Notes under the pieces: generated by a model | Told to the model about the DNA's origin: nothing | What the model saw: only the letters and a program-made list of their open reading frames with translations | Databases searched by the model: none | Shown here: one piece after another, positions 29,232 through 39,865 of the stretch | Numbering within the stretch: the first letter of the stretch is position 1 | How the letters are laid out: every line of letters starts with the position of its first letter | NCBI GenBank assembly: GCA_050012255.1 | Contig: JBEKHN010000001.1 | Span: 32,001 to 96,000, forward strand | Length of the DNA stretch: 64,000 bases | From: Candidatus Bathyarchaeia archaeon | Lineage (GTDB): Archaea > Thermoproteota > Bathyarchaeia > Bathyarchaeales > Bathycorpusculaceae | Direction of reading: 5' to 3' | Made by a program: the position numbers and the translations under genes

Positions 29232-30888
29232 GGCGTGGTCTTTCCGCATCTTTGGAAGAACGGCGCCCTCTTTTCTGAAACATGTCGTAGAGTTTAAAGA
29301 CTACTTGGAAAAAGCAAGGATCAAGATTTACCCTGAAACCTACGTGTCGTTAATGTTTTTTATGGCCGTCTTAACGATTCCAGTATCGGCAGTCAGCACA
29401 GTTATCATGCTTCTCTACGGCTTCATCCCAGTCATTTTCCTGATTCCTCTTCCGCTCTTCGTAATGATCGGGTTTTTCCTAGTTCCAATGTCCAGGGCCG
29501 GTGAGAGAGCAGCCAACTTGGAAAGAGAGATGCCGTTCGCTTCATCTTACATCAGCGTAATGGCCTCTGGAGGCATAGCACCGTACAGCAGCTTCAAAAG
29601 ACTTTCCGAAGTCGAGCTGCTGCCAGGAATGAAGAGCGAGGCAAGAGAAATCATAAAAGACGTTGAGATCTTCGGCATAGACCCGCTTACTGCAATTGAA
29701 AACGCTGCAAAGAAAAACCCCCTCGACATTTTCAAAGATTTCTTGTCGGGGTACGCGTCGACGGTAATCATCGGCGGCGACATCGGACACTTCCTTGAAA
29801 GAAAAGCCGAAGACATCTTCAAAGCAAGAGCACTGCGTGTCAGAGCCGCCGCTGAAAGACTTGGAATGCTCCTAGAGACTTTCATAATTGTGAACGTCAT
29901 GATGTCCCTCTGCTTCTACATCATGTTCAGCGTTGAAAACATCGGCGGCGGCGTAGGCGGCGGAGGGTCCACTTCAATGATAATCCTCTACACATACGTG
30001 CTCAGTCCTATGCTTTCAATGATGTTCATCTACTTGGCACACAGCATGCAACCCAAGACTCCTGTCACCGAGATGCGTCCCTACAAGGTGTTTGGACTCT
30101 GCGGCATCATAGGCGCAGTGCTGTTCCTGTTGCTCTACGTTTTCAAAATCTTTGGCTCACTAGTCGACCTGCCCGTGGCCACCGCCGTATCGTTGTTTGT
30201 TGCCACGGCGCCCGCCGCGATACTGCACAGCAAACTCTCAACCCATAAGACGCAGACTGAACAGGGCATAAACAGTTTTCTTAGAGACTTGACAGAAGTC
30301 AGAAAAACTGGCCTGTCGCCAGAAAAATGCATTGAAAGTCTTTCACGTCGCGACTACGGTGTATTCAGCAAAGAACTACGCAAGATAAGCTCAGAAATCT
30401 CCTGGGGAATTCCTGTCCGAAAAGTGATAATGGATTTTATCAAGAGAACTCGAAGCTGGATGTCTCAGATTGTCATGTTCTTGCTCGTTGAAACTGTCGA
30501 TGTGGGCGGCGGCACAATCGCAATGATAGAATCGCTTGCTCGCTTTAACAACTTAACGCAAGAAGTTGAAAAACAAAAGAAGTCGGAAACCCGTCCGTAC
30601 ATAATGATGCCCTATTTCTGCGCTCTTCTTCTTGTGATAACAACAACCATGATGTTAAGCTTCACTTCAGGTACTTTTGGGATATCCGGAGGAACGCCGC
30701 CGCAAGACATGGGCTGGATAGTAGCCATATTCAACACATCATGCATTTTCTCCAGTTATCTGATAGGTATAGTAGCAGGTAAGATAAGCGAGGAATCAAT
30801 TGCGGCAGGCTTCAAGCATGCAGCAATTCTTGTGGTAATATCGGTGTTGGCTGCGAAACTAATGCCGATATTCGTGAAATTTGCGTAG
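29209..30888 (+). CDS. Type IV pilus membrane platform (TadC/ArlJ, two GspF domains)
   Basis: Duplicated T2SSF domains, multi-TM; TTG start with a GGAGGAGGT SD. Confidence 0.92.
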   Translation: MPFLDTLEAWSFRIFGRTAPSFLKHVVEFKDYLEKARIKIYPETYVSLMFFMAVLTIPVSAVSTVIMLLYGFIPVIFLIPLPLFVMIGFFLVPMSRAGERAANLEREMPFASSYISVMASGGIAPYSSFKRLSEVELLPGMKSEAREIIKDVEIFGIDPLTAIENAAKKNPLDIFKDFLSGYASTVIIGGDIGHFLERKAEDIFKARALRVRAAAERLGMLLETFIIVNVMMSLCFYIMFSVENIGGGVGGGGSTSMIILYTYVLSPMLSMMFIYLAHSMQPKTPVTEMRPYKVFGLCGIIGAVLFLLLYVFKIFGSLVDLPVATAVSLFVATAPAAILHSKLSTHKTQTEQGINSFLRDLTEVRKTGLSPEKCIESLSRRDYGVFSKELRKISSEISWGIPVRKVIMDFIKRTRSWMSQIVMFLLVETVDVGGGTIAMIESLARFNNLTQEVEKQKKSETRPYIMMPYFCALLLVITTTMMLSFTSGTFGISGGTPPQDMGWIVAIFNTSCIFSSYLIGIVAGKISEESIAAGFKHAAILVVISVLAAKLMPIFVKFA

Positions 30889-30919
30889 GAAAAAGGATCA
30901 AGGAAGAACGAAGATTAAC

Positions 30920-31765
30920 ATGCTACATCGGCTCAGAAACGATAAAAAGGCGGTTAGCCCAGCCATTTCCACCGCAATAATCACGAGCGCCATAGTGGTG
31001 ATGCTCCTAGTTACTGTCGTCTTCGCAAACAACTACTTGAACGCACGAATGGCAGAAAACGAGTTCAGCGCAATGAAACAGTTCATGCAGACAGTCGGTC
31101 TCCAAATAGACGACGTAGCATGGACTATTGGACGCACGCAAACAATGCGTTACGCAAGCAAGTTTGGTCAAATCACCTTTCAATCCGTCGCATTGAACTA
31201 CACTCTTTACGTAAAATACGTAAATAGTACAAATTACACGCGGATCGCCAGCTTCAGCACAGGCGCCCTCTTTTTCAACATGCCCACAAACACTTATAAC
31301 ATTGCCAACAACTACAAGGAACTCATATCTCCCACATCAAATAGTTCCTTTCTCTTACAGGGCACTTCGGCACCAGTAAGTAATGTTTTCGTGATCGAAA
31401 GAGTTCCAATGAATGATGGCAATTACATAAGAGTAGTCGTTGCCCCTTCAATAAGGATGCTGAATTCGACGATAGCAAATACGGGCTACTATAACTGCTT
31501 TTTGCCCATCCTTCAACCGTCAGGAAAAGACCTGCACCTTTCACAATCCGTTACACTTATGGCAACAGCATTCAACGTTAATCAAACACAAAATATCAAC
31601 AAGATCAAGATAACCGTTGACTTTCCACAATCAGCTTTAGGGTTCGACTCAACCTTTTTCAATTTCAACAGTTCATTTAAAGAGGTGCTAGTCCCAGCAG
31701 GCCAGCAGGCTTCATTGGAGTTCTTTACTGGAAATGTGACCGTTTCTCTGGGAGTGTATGCTTAG
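30920..31765 (+). CDS. Minor pilin with class III signal peptide
   Basis: KKA|VSPAISTAIITSAIVVMLLV. Confidence 0.8.
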   Translation: MLHRLRNDKKAVSPAISTAIITSAIVVMLLVTVVFANNYLNARMAENEFSAMKQFMQTVGLQIDDVAWTIGRTQTMRYASKFGQITFQSVALNYTLYVKYVNSTNYTRIASFSTGALFFNMPTNTYNIANNYKELISPTSNSSFLLQGTSAPVSNVFVIERVPMNDGNYIRVVVAPSIRMLNSTIANTGYYNCFLPILQPSGKDLHLSQSVTLMATAFNVNQTQNINKIKITVDFPQSALGFDSTFFNFNSSFKEVLVPAGQQASLEFFTGNVTVSLGVYA

Positions 31766-31784
31766 CCACTTTTGAGGAATATGA

Positions 31785-32264
31785 ATGCCACACGTGACAA
31801 TCGAGTACGTGATTCTGATGCCGGTGTTGATACTTCAGATCTTTCTTTTTCCCATTTTTGCAAATTGGCTCATGAACACGTGGGTAGATTCGCGAAGAAC
31901 ACTTGCTCTCCAAGATGTTGCAGGTCACTTGGGAAGCGCGGTGCAGCAACTGTATTTCTCCCTGAATCACGACACGATACCTACAGGAACAGTAACCTAT
32001 TCCCCAGGACTTCCACCGTTCATTGAGAGCGCTTACTACATGGGAAACGCAACTCTGTCCTCGAGCACAAACCCTGGGTCAAATCCATCCTTCCTACAAT
32101 TAACAGTAAAATTGGTTGGAACCTCAAACTCAGTGACAACCACGGTTATCTTAGGATCCAATGTTCTTTGGCAGCAATCCATCTTCGTGAGCAATTCAAC
32201 GAACGCATGCGTCAGCGCCCAAAAGTTTTCGAATGGAACAATATTGCTAAAGTTCGGAGGATAG
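31785..32264 (+). CDS. Pilin-like accessory protein
   Basis: MPHVTIEY followed by a hydrophobic helix; inside the pilus operon. Confidence 0.7.
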   Translation: MPHVTIEYVILMPVLILQIFLFPIFANWLMNTWVDSRRTLALQDVAGHLGSAVQQLYFSLNHDTIPTGTVTYSPGLPPFIESAYYMGNATLSSSTNPGSNPSFLQLTVKLVGTSNSVTTTVILGSNVLWQQSIFVSNSTNACVSAQKFSNGTILLKFGG

Positions 32265-32274
32265 GAGGACAAAA

Positions 32275-33492
32275 ATGACTGGCGCAACGATCGATCACAT
32301 TGTTTCCCTCACAGTTTTGCTAGGAGCAATACTTCTTTTCGTGAGTCTTTTCAACCAGACCATACAAACTGCAATTCTGTACCAGAGCCACAGAAATCTC
32401 GCAACCAAATGCAGTGACCTGCTCGATAACATGCTTCTCAACCCTGGCAGTCCACTTGACTCGGCAAACACGACGTTCTGGGGAACAACAAACAGCATCC
32501 CCACGACTTTCGGCCTACAAGACCCAGAATTCACGCAGTACGCGCTCAGCCCATTTTCACTCATGCGACTCAACTATTCGTCGGCAAACCCGCTGTACTA
32601 TCCCATGACCAAAATGTACTACAGCAACCTTACTGTTGGATTCGGAAAATCGCTACTTGTGCCTTTCAACGAAGTCGTCAACTACTCAACCGTGGCAGGA
32701 CTACTTGGAATAAACGGAACCTACGGGTTTAGCCTTACCATAACTCCGATACTAACAGTTAGCATAAGTCGAGCGTCGGATACTCCATTAAACCTAATCG
32801 TTAGCGTAACCGGAAACGGTTACCCCCTTGCTAACGCCAACGTGAGCTACTGTCTCGTCAACGTCACAGGTCAGGCCCAATATCCATCCTACAACATCAC
32901 TAGTGGCACTGGTGTGACGAATAGCCAAGGTCAGGCTTTCCTGAGTTTTTCAGGCTTCGATGGAACAAACACCTCATACGCCATAATCGCGTATGCCCGC
33001 TCAAGCGGACTGGTCGGAGCCGGAGATTACGAACACATTTTCTACAACAACAATTATCCAATACCTTATCCAGTACCCCTCATTGCTGATTTCAGCAACG
33101 GAAGCGTGCTTCTCGCTAACAGTGCAGACTTCCCGTACGGAGGAAATAACCAAACAATCGCTTACAACGCAACTTTTGTTCTGCTAGCCCAAGACTTCAC
33201 CTTACGCGAAATGCCTCTTTCCAATCGCACCGGAAACATCAGTCCAGGCGCTTACAGCAATATCGTAGTCCCAACAAACAACACCGGCATTCTAGCCATC
33301 ACGTACAACAATTCTGGCATCGTGTTGATGCCGTGGGGAGTAAGCTCCATGTCTTTTCCAGTGGTTTTCGGAGCGAACCCGCTTGCAAAAGACTGGGTTG
33401 CCACAGACACACGTCTAGTCACAGTCGGCGGCGTCTCCTATCAGGCAAAACTTGCATTGTGGAGTCTGCAGGGTTATCAGGTGGTGAGCTAG
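32275..33492 (+). CDS. Pilin-like/adhesin accessory protein
   Basis: MTGATIDH plus hydrophobic helix; LLNPGSP...WG motif; Ig-like insert. Confidence 0.7.
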   Translation: MTGATIDHIVSLTVLLGAILLFVSLFNQTIQTAILYQSHRNLATKCSDLLDNMLLNPGSPLDSANTTFWGTTNSIPTTFGLQDPEFTQYALSPFSLMRLNYSSANPLYYPMTKMYYSNLTVGFGKSLLVPFNEVVNYSTVAGLLGINGTYGFSLTITPILTVSISRASDTPLNLIVSVTGNGYPLANANVSYCLVNVTGQAQYPSYNITSGTGVTNSQGQAFLSFSGFDGTNTSYAIIAYARSSGLVGAGDYEHIFYNNNYPIPYPVPLIADFSNGSVLLANSADFPYGGNNQTIAYNATFVLLAQDFTLREMPLSNRTGNISPGAYSNIVVPTNNTGILAITYNNSGIVLMPWGVSSMSFPVVFGANPLAKDWVATDTRLVTVGGVSYQAKLALWSLQGYQVVS

Positions 33493-33493
33493 A

Positions 33494-34837
33494 ATGATGC
33501 GAACCATAGAGGTTCTGCTCGTAATCGTCATCATCACAGGAGCCTCAATAATAGCTTCGTTCTTTGCGTTCCTGCCTCAGCCACAGCAAGTTTCACCGAT
33601 AAATCTCCGAAGACTAGCATTGACGACGCTCGAAATGTTAGACTCTGACCATGACCTCAGCCAAACAGTCTTCACGGCACTTAATGACCCATCATGGGGC
33701 CAACTTCAAACTGCGCTTTCCGCCAGCCTGCCCCCAAACATCGTCTACAATTTAACCGTCTACGACGCGTCAACCGGAGGAACCCAGCTCTACAGCATGG
33801 TCAATTCGATCTCGAACGCGCAGAGCTTGGGCATAAGCTCCGACGTTGCTACTTACCTGGTTGCTTCCTCAAACGCGACTTTCAATTCCACCCCCGAGAA
33901 AATCGGTGAACATGGAGGCGGAGGAACACTCTACATATTGAATTGCAGCGACTCTAACGGATGGTGGATCACAGGATACACAGCGCAAACGTTGGCTCAA
34001 GACTTATACAACCTACTTTCACCGTATTTTCAGGTGACAATAATGGTCCAAAACACGACCCAGCTTGGACAAATATTGAATGGAACGAAGATATCCGCCT
34101 CACCCTACGAAAACATTACCAGCGCAGTGGTGGTAAACACGAATGGAGAAGCAGTGCCAATTCCCTCTGGCTTCTACGCGACGGCAGGTTATGACACGGT
34201 ACACAGTTCATATGCAAAATACTCATTCATGTTGGGAAACGCGACTAACTACTACAACTGGACATGGGTAAGCATAGTGGGGTATCCACTGTATTATGTG
34301 AGTAATACAGGTCTATTTCCGAATAATCAGAACGGTTGGGGAATCTATGGAATGATGGGCGTTGGCGCTTCGGGGTTGAATGCCTTTCTTGAAGGGCTAA
34401 ACAAGTCGTCGTATAGCTACGACGATACATGGATCACTAATGACAGCGACCATGTCCCAGGATTAGCGAACGTCTGGCTTTCATCAGAAGCATCGTATTA
34501 CTGCAACTACTACGGCATTTATCCTTCCCCCTACCAGACTGCAACAAGAGCCTTGCCAGTTTCGATACTGAACAAATACAATCTGACCGTGACATCATAC
34601 ATTCTGCAGCAGGTAGGCACATGGCTTCCTGGGGCATTCTACAAGCATGTCGATCCCAACTCAGGTGCTTTCTCAGGTGCTTTCTTAGCTCTAGGCTTGG
34701 CGAGGACACCTGATATTAGGCTAACGGCTCTTGGACTTCTCTGCAGTTACAAGCCCAGGCTCTTTCCTTCTCAGTACGGTGCCAGTGGAACCTCAAGGCT
34801 CGTAGTCTTGCAACTCGGGCAAGTTGGAGGAGTTTAG
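33494..34837 (+). CDS. Pilin-like accessory protein
   Basis: MMRTIEVLLVIVII N-terminus; LPPNIVYNL motif; operonic. Confidence 0.7.
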   Translation: MMRTIEVLLVIVIITGASIIASFFAFLPQPQQVSPINLRRLALTTLEMLDSDHDLSQTVFTALNDPSWGQLQTALSASLPPNIVYNLTVYDASTGGTQLYSMVNSISNAQSLGISSDVATYLVASSNATFNSTPEKIGEHGGGGTLYILNCSDSNGWWITGYTAQTLAQDLYNLLSPYFQVTIMVQNTTQLGQILNGTKISASPYENITSAVVVNTNGEAVPIPSGFYATAGYDTVHSSYAKYSFMLGNATNYYNWTWVSIVGYPLYYVSNTGLFPNNQNGWGIYGMMGVGASGLNAFLEGLNKSSYSYDDTWITNDSDHVPGLANVWLSSEASYYCNYYGIYPSPYQTATRALPVSILNKYNLTVTSYILQQVGTWLPGAFYKHVDPNSGAFSGAFLALGLARTPDIRLTALGLLCSYKPRLFPSQYGASGTSRLVVLQLGQVGGV

Positions 34838-34838
34838 C

Positions 34839-37800
34839 ATGAACAACAAAGGCCAGTTCTCAATAATCGCGGCTTTGCTTGTGGCAGTAATCCTCATCAC
34901 AACAGTCATAGTCACTTACTCCACAATTCGCAGCAGTCCAGTCCAAAATCAGCCACCGATCCTAAACGCGATAGACGAAACAAATCTTGCAATCAAACAA
35001 ATTCTGGGTTTCACAGTAGGCTACTACGGCTCTGTTCTACAAATCACTGGAAACGTGTCATACGCAAACGCTTCAGCAACAAATTACCTTCAATCCGGAC
35101 TGCAAAACATAGCAAATATGCATCCTGAATGGGGAACGTCACTCAACTTAAGCAGGTCTGCACTTCAAGCGTATTGGTTCGCGAGCACAAGCTACAGCAG
35201 CGGAAACTTAACTGTAAACTACGACTTGCCAGGGCTTGGAATTCTAGGTGTAAACTACCAGACTTCTTGCAAACTAGGCGTCCAGACCATCAACATCACT
35301 ACAGGGCAAGCATGCCTGAACATAACCCAAGACCAGAATCAACCTCTGGTAACCCTTGGAAAACAGAACTTCAACTTTTATCACTACAACAACGCTAGTT
35401 CAACTTGGGAACTCGTAAATCCAAACACAGAACCAACAGCGTACGCAAATGGCACATATTACGTTGACGTGCCATTTGGAATAAACCCTTACTCCTACGT
35501 TGTTCAAGTTCAAGACCAAAGAGGAATCATTGTTGTGGCCTCTTCATTCAACAGTTACACTGCCGCATTGACATGGAACTCCACATCAGCCGCTTCGACT
35601 CAAACACTCTATGCACATCAAGAGACGACAACAATCGGCGGCTCAAGCTACTATCTGTTGAAAAATAGTAGTGCTGACGCTTCTGGAATAACGCTCAACG
35701 CCAGCGCAGGAAGCACAGGAAGGAAACTGATGGGCAAATTTGTTTATCCGCTAACAGGCGTTTCCTCTGTACCCGCAAGCACGTGGACAACCTACTATCA
35801 AGCCTACACCACGGCCTCCAACATGTATTCTCTTGATGCCACTGGAGGGTACATGAAAATTGGAAATGGAACACCTAATTGGGGCTCGACAGCTGGTACC
35901 ATTTCATTCTGGGTTAAATGGAACACCGTCGCCAACAGACCGTGGGGTCAAGCCGACAATATGGAAACCAAGATACCTGGATCAAACTTGGTTCTTGACT
36001 GGGGAGCCACGGCCTCAATCACGAGCACGACCAGTTTCGTTGCAGGTAAATGGTATTTTATCGCCATCGTATGGAACGAAACCGCGCACACCCTCCTCCT
36101 ATACGTTGGAGACCAAAACAGCATCCCTGCACTAGACACTCAAAACACCTCCTGGACAACCAAAGTATCGACAGCAGGTGTCACAGAAAACGATTTTATG
36201 GCGTCAAAAGGGGGTAATCAACCCCTAAATGGGTACGGAGACGACTTAAGGTACTGGAACGTTGATAGAAGCCTGGCATCGATTCAAGGCGATTACAAAG
36301 CCGAACTCACCGGCTCTGAACCAAACCTCAAGTCATACTTCAAGCTAAACAACAATTTCACCGACACGGGACCGAACCACAACAATGGTTCTGGTTCAGG
36401 AAGCTACTCGTTCTCCTCCGATGTACCATTCACCACTTCGTCAGCAGTGCATGCCAACGTAGACATCTTGATCAAGGCATCAAATGGGACGGTCAGACAA
36501 ACAGTAGCTCAATACGTAGCAAACTCAAGCAATCTCGCAGGTTCATGGTCTACGCTCTCAGGAACCTACTCTTGGTCAAATTACACAGTTGTTAATCAGA
36601 CTGACTACCTAGAAATTGACTATTACGTAGACGTTACATCAGCAGGAGGAGGAACAGCCTATCTCAGGATAGATGACGCAACCCTAGCACTAAGTAATCA
36701 AACAAGAACAACCAATATACTCCTGCCACTAAACCTGTACTCTTTGTCACGACAAGAAACGATCGTCGTAGAGCTACTGCAAGACGGGACGATGCGGTGG
36801 CTTGGACAAAACCTAGTACTCACGAATTCTAATTCAACGTTGCCCTTTCCTCCTGTGCCTGTAAAATCGATCCACGTTAACGAGACCATAAACGGCGTGA
36901 ACCGCGAGGTTCCGTTCCAAATAGAAGATTGGTCTTCGGCATATCATGTTCCACTCGGCCTTACGAGTAACATGAGCCTTTTCAGCGGTAGGACAATGCT
37001 CGTCTTCCTCGCGACTCCAAGTGCTTCAAAAGTCATGATATGGTGGAATGGAAGCGACACGGCCACTCAGACGCCTTATGCTTACACGAACAGATATTTC
37101 AGCGATTCGCCTAGTTCCGGAAGACTCTCAAACGGCCTCACAACGCTTCAGTTTCAGAGTAACTTCGTCGTGACTTCCACAGTCGGAAGCTCATCAAGTA
37201 CGGCCAACTTCATGCGAATCAACACAAATTCAAGCGGATATGGATCACCTTTATCATACGTAATAACTAGTGGAACGGTAAGAGATATAGTCCATCAGGA
37301 AGCCGAATGGTCCAATGGTGTCACCAACCCTAATTGCTCAGACATTTATTCTGATATTGTGTTAACTCTGCCAGCTAATGCAACGTACTATACGTATCAG
37401 CTGAGTTTGATGTTCGTACAGTCGCAGCAGAACAGAACGATCAACTACTTATGCCCAGTCTGGTTGACTTCGCTGACCGGTCAAGTGCAAACCGAGAATG
37501 GAACTACAAACGGCTTGCCGAATGTTTCAAACGCGTCAGATCTGTTCTACAACTACTCAGCCTCAGCTTGGGCCCATCATTGGAGCCAGTCAATCTCGGG
37601 AACAAATGGCACAGGAATAATGTTCACCGACAATGCCAATCAGAACCTTTACCTCTTCGATAACATTAAAGGAAACCAGACAGGCGCCTTAGGAGCAAAC
37701 TCCACACCCCAGACAATTCAGCTATTGCCGGTGACAAGGACCACGGTGAGCTTCAACCAAACATTAGATCCCCGCATGCAAGACATCATATGGTACGGTG

Positions 37801-37925
37801 CAATCGCAACATTCAACGCCACAACGACCCCGATCTACAACAATACCGATCAAACAGGCCTGTGGATAATCGTCGAGTACCCACCAACAGTTGCAGTAAC
37901 AGGAGAGAACAATCAGCTATCATAG
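34839..37925 (+). CDS. Giant minor pilin/adhesin with class III signal peptide and LamG-like domain
   Basis: NKG|QFSIIAALLVAVILI; LamG-like GTISFWVK...GKWYFIAIVW...LYV...DDLRYWN. Confidence 0.8.
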   Translation: MNNKGQFSIIAALLVAVILITTVIVTYSTIRSSPVQNQPPILNAIDETNLAIKQILGFTVGYYGSVLQITGNVSYANASATNYLQSGLQNIANMHPEWGTSLNLSRSALQAYWFASTSYSSGNLTVNYDLPGLGILGVNYQTSCKLGVQTINITTGQACLNITQDQNQPLVTLGKQNFNFYHYNNASSTWELVNPNTEPTAYANGTYYVDVPFGINPYSYVVQVQDQRGIIVVASSFNSYTAALTWNSTSAASTQTLYAHQETTTIGGSSYYLLKNSSADASGITLNASAGSTGRKLMGKFVYPLTGVSSVPASTWTTYYQAYTTASNMYSLDATGGYMKIGNGTPNWGSTAGTISFWVKWNTVANRPWGQADNMETKIPGSNLVLDWGATASITSTTSFVAGKWYFIAIVWNETAHTLLLYVGDQNSIPALDTQNTSWTTKVSTAGVTENDFMASKGGNQPLNGYGDDLRYWNVDRSLASIQGDYKAELTGSEPNLKSYFKLNNNFTDTGPNHNNGSGSGSYSFSSDVPFTTSSAVHANVDILIKASNGTVRQTVAQYVANSSNLAGSWSTLSGTYSWSNYTVVNQTDYLEIDYYVDVTSAGGGTAYLRIDDATLALSNQTRTTNILLPLNLYSLSRQETIVVELLQDGTMRWLGQNLVLTNSNSTLPFPPVPVKSIHVNETINGVNREVPFQIEDWSSAYHVPLGLTSNMSLFSGRTMLVFLATPSASKVMIWWNGSDTATQTPYAYTNRYFSDSPSSGRLSNGLTTLQFQSNFVVTSTVGSSSSTANFMRINTNSSGYGSPLSYVITSGTVRDIVHQEAEWSNGVTNPNCSDIYSDIVLTLPANATYYTYQLSLMFVQSQQNRTINYLCPVWLTSLTGQVQTENGTTNGLPNVSNASDLFYNYSASAWAHHWSQSISGTNGTGIMFTDNANQNLYLFDNIKGNQTGALGANSTPQTIQLLPVTRTTVSFNQTLDPRMQDIIWYGAIATFNATTTPIYNNTDQTGLWIIVEYPPTVAVTGENNQLS

Positions 37926-38378
37926 CACGCTTGTTCCTCTACGCGCTGACGACGGATTTCAAGTTCTAGTGCGTGTGTGCCTTTCCAAATTCCCCTTTTT
38001 CAAACGCGATAAAGTGAGCCTGAGCAAGCAAGCCTGCTTAACGTTGAATCGTATTTGGATCATATATTAGACCCGGGGGAGGGAGAGTCAGAGCACACGC
38101 AAACCGGAAACCCGAGAAACTCGAATTGCATGTATGCACTTTCCCCAATTGCCCTTTTCAACTGTGATAGAGTTGAAGCCGCGTCACGCCCTCTAAGCGA
38201 TGCTTGTCCGATCCAATACAAATCATCGTCCGCATGCTCAGCAATGCTAGAAAAACAAACTGCCTCACAGACGAATTTGGGAACATGCATGCGCGCTTCA
38301 CAGTTATTTCGAATGTGGATTCCGAGTTCATACGAGTTAAATAATGAATAGCGAGATTTGCTATACACACAAGGGTGA

Positions 38379-38822
38379 ATGTGTTTGACAGCTAAAACGG
38401 CGAAGTCGAAAAGAGCCATATCACCAATACTTGCGACTCTGCTACTGGTAGTCATAGCGGTGGCGGCGATAGTCGTAACATACGCTTGGATCATGACTTA
38501 CATGAACAGCGCTGCAAACCGGGCAGGTGTCATACTGACCTCGGCAAACGTCAATTTCTACGGAACCTTAAATGACAAAATAGATATTGACATAGAAAAC
38601 GCAGGAACTTCTGACGCACATATAATCCAAGTCTACGTTGGGACATCATCCTCAAGGTTGCAGAACCTAACGAGCTTATCTCTTCCGGTAACGTGCGCGG
38701 CAGGCCACGTAGAGAGAATTACGGTAGACTATAACTGGACATCAGGCGCAACATATTACTTCAAAGTCATAGCTCAAGAGCAGATCCTAGGACCATGGGC
38801 ACAGCAAGAACAAGCCTCTTAG
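38379..38822 (+). CDS. Archaeal type IV pilin (probable major pilin)
   Basis: KRA|ISPILATLLLVVIAVAAIVVTYAWI. Confidence 0.9.
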   Translation: MCLTAKTAKSKRAISPILATLLLVVIAVAAIVVTYAWIMTYMNSAANRAGVILTSANVNFYGTLNDKIDIDIENAGTSDAHIIQVYVGTSSSRLQNLTSLSLPVTCAAGHVERITVDYNWTSGATYYFKVIAQEQILGPWAQQEQAS

Positions 38823-38930
38823 AAAAACCGAAAACTCCGCCAAAAAGATTCGCAACGCTTCTTATGCCGACACATCCTAATTATTAAATATCCAGAGCAA
38901 TAACGACAGAAGGTCCGCAACGGTGTCGCT

Positions 38931-39740
38931 GTGCAAATGATAATTGACTTAGCAAGATCAACGACAGTTTTGCTCTTTCTGCTTTATGCTTCTTGGAGTG
39001 ACTACAAATCCCGCGAAGTAAGCGACAGCGTTTGGCTGTTGCTGGCCCCTTTATCTTTCGCACTCACATCTGCAGAACTCTTTCTCTATGAACCGTCACA
39101 GCTGATCGCATATGGTACATGCTTCGGTTTAACCGCCGCCTTCGCAATAGTGCTCTATTACTCAGGCGGCTTCGGAGGGGCAGACGCAAAAGCCCTCATG
39201 TGCCTGGCGCTCGCCTTGCCCTTCTATCCTGAGAACCTGCTGACACCGTTAGCAGGTCAGCCTTCACCGATCTCAAGAACCTTCTTCCCAATAACCGTTT
39301 TCAGCAACTCGGTACTGTTCGCCGCACTGACGGCAATAGCAATCCTGCTCTACAATGTGTCTTCACGCCTTAGAACTCGACAACCCCTGTTTGAAGGAGA
39401 CCACAAGAATGAATCTCTTGGAAAGAAGATCCTGGTCTTAATCACAGGGTACAAAGTTTCCATCAACAAGTTGAAAGAGAAGTGGCACGTGTATCCCATG
39501 GAGGACGTGGAAGAAAACGCAGAGAGAAGCTTCAAGAGAAAACTGATCATCTTACCTAAGGACGAGGGTAGAAACGAGATCATTGAAAGATTGGATAAAG
39601 CCATCGAGGCTGGAAGTATGAGAGATAAGGTTTGGGCTACCCCGGGCCTCCCCATGCTCATATTCGTCACAGCAGGTCTGATAGTAGCCTTGTTTGGGGG
39701 TGACATCGTCTGGGTGTGCATACGCCTCATTCTCGGCTAA
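38931..39740 (+). CDS. Prepilin/prearchaellin peptidase (A24, PibD/ArlK family)
   Basis: ASWSDYKSREV, FGGADAK and VWATPGLP motifs. Confidence 0.92.
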   Translation: MQMIIDLARSTTVLLFLLYASWSDYKSREVSDSVWLLLAPLSFALTSAELFLYEPSQLIAYGTCFGLTAAFAIVLYYSGGFGGADAKALMCLALALPFYPENLLTPLAGQPSPISRTFFPITVFSNSVLFAALTAIAILLYNVSSRLRTRQPLFEGDHKNESLGKKILVLITGYKVSINKLKEKWHVYPMEDVEENAERSFKRKLIILPKDEGRNEIIERLDKAIEAGSMRDKVWATPGLPMLIFVTAGLIVALFGGDIVWVCIRLILG

Positions 39741-39865
39741 TAACGACCGACAACAGGCACCACACCTTTAAGCGCCGTGGAAGATGTTGGAATGTCGCCT
39801 AATTTTTAAAGGAGCAGGTCCTCTTCATCAATGGATCAGTTCGATACTTCAGGTGACGTTGAAGC

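Noticed and set aside
38060-38494. 144-aa minus ORF overlapping the pilin
   Set aside because: Antisense to a clear pilin N-terminus; no recognisable motifs.
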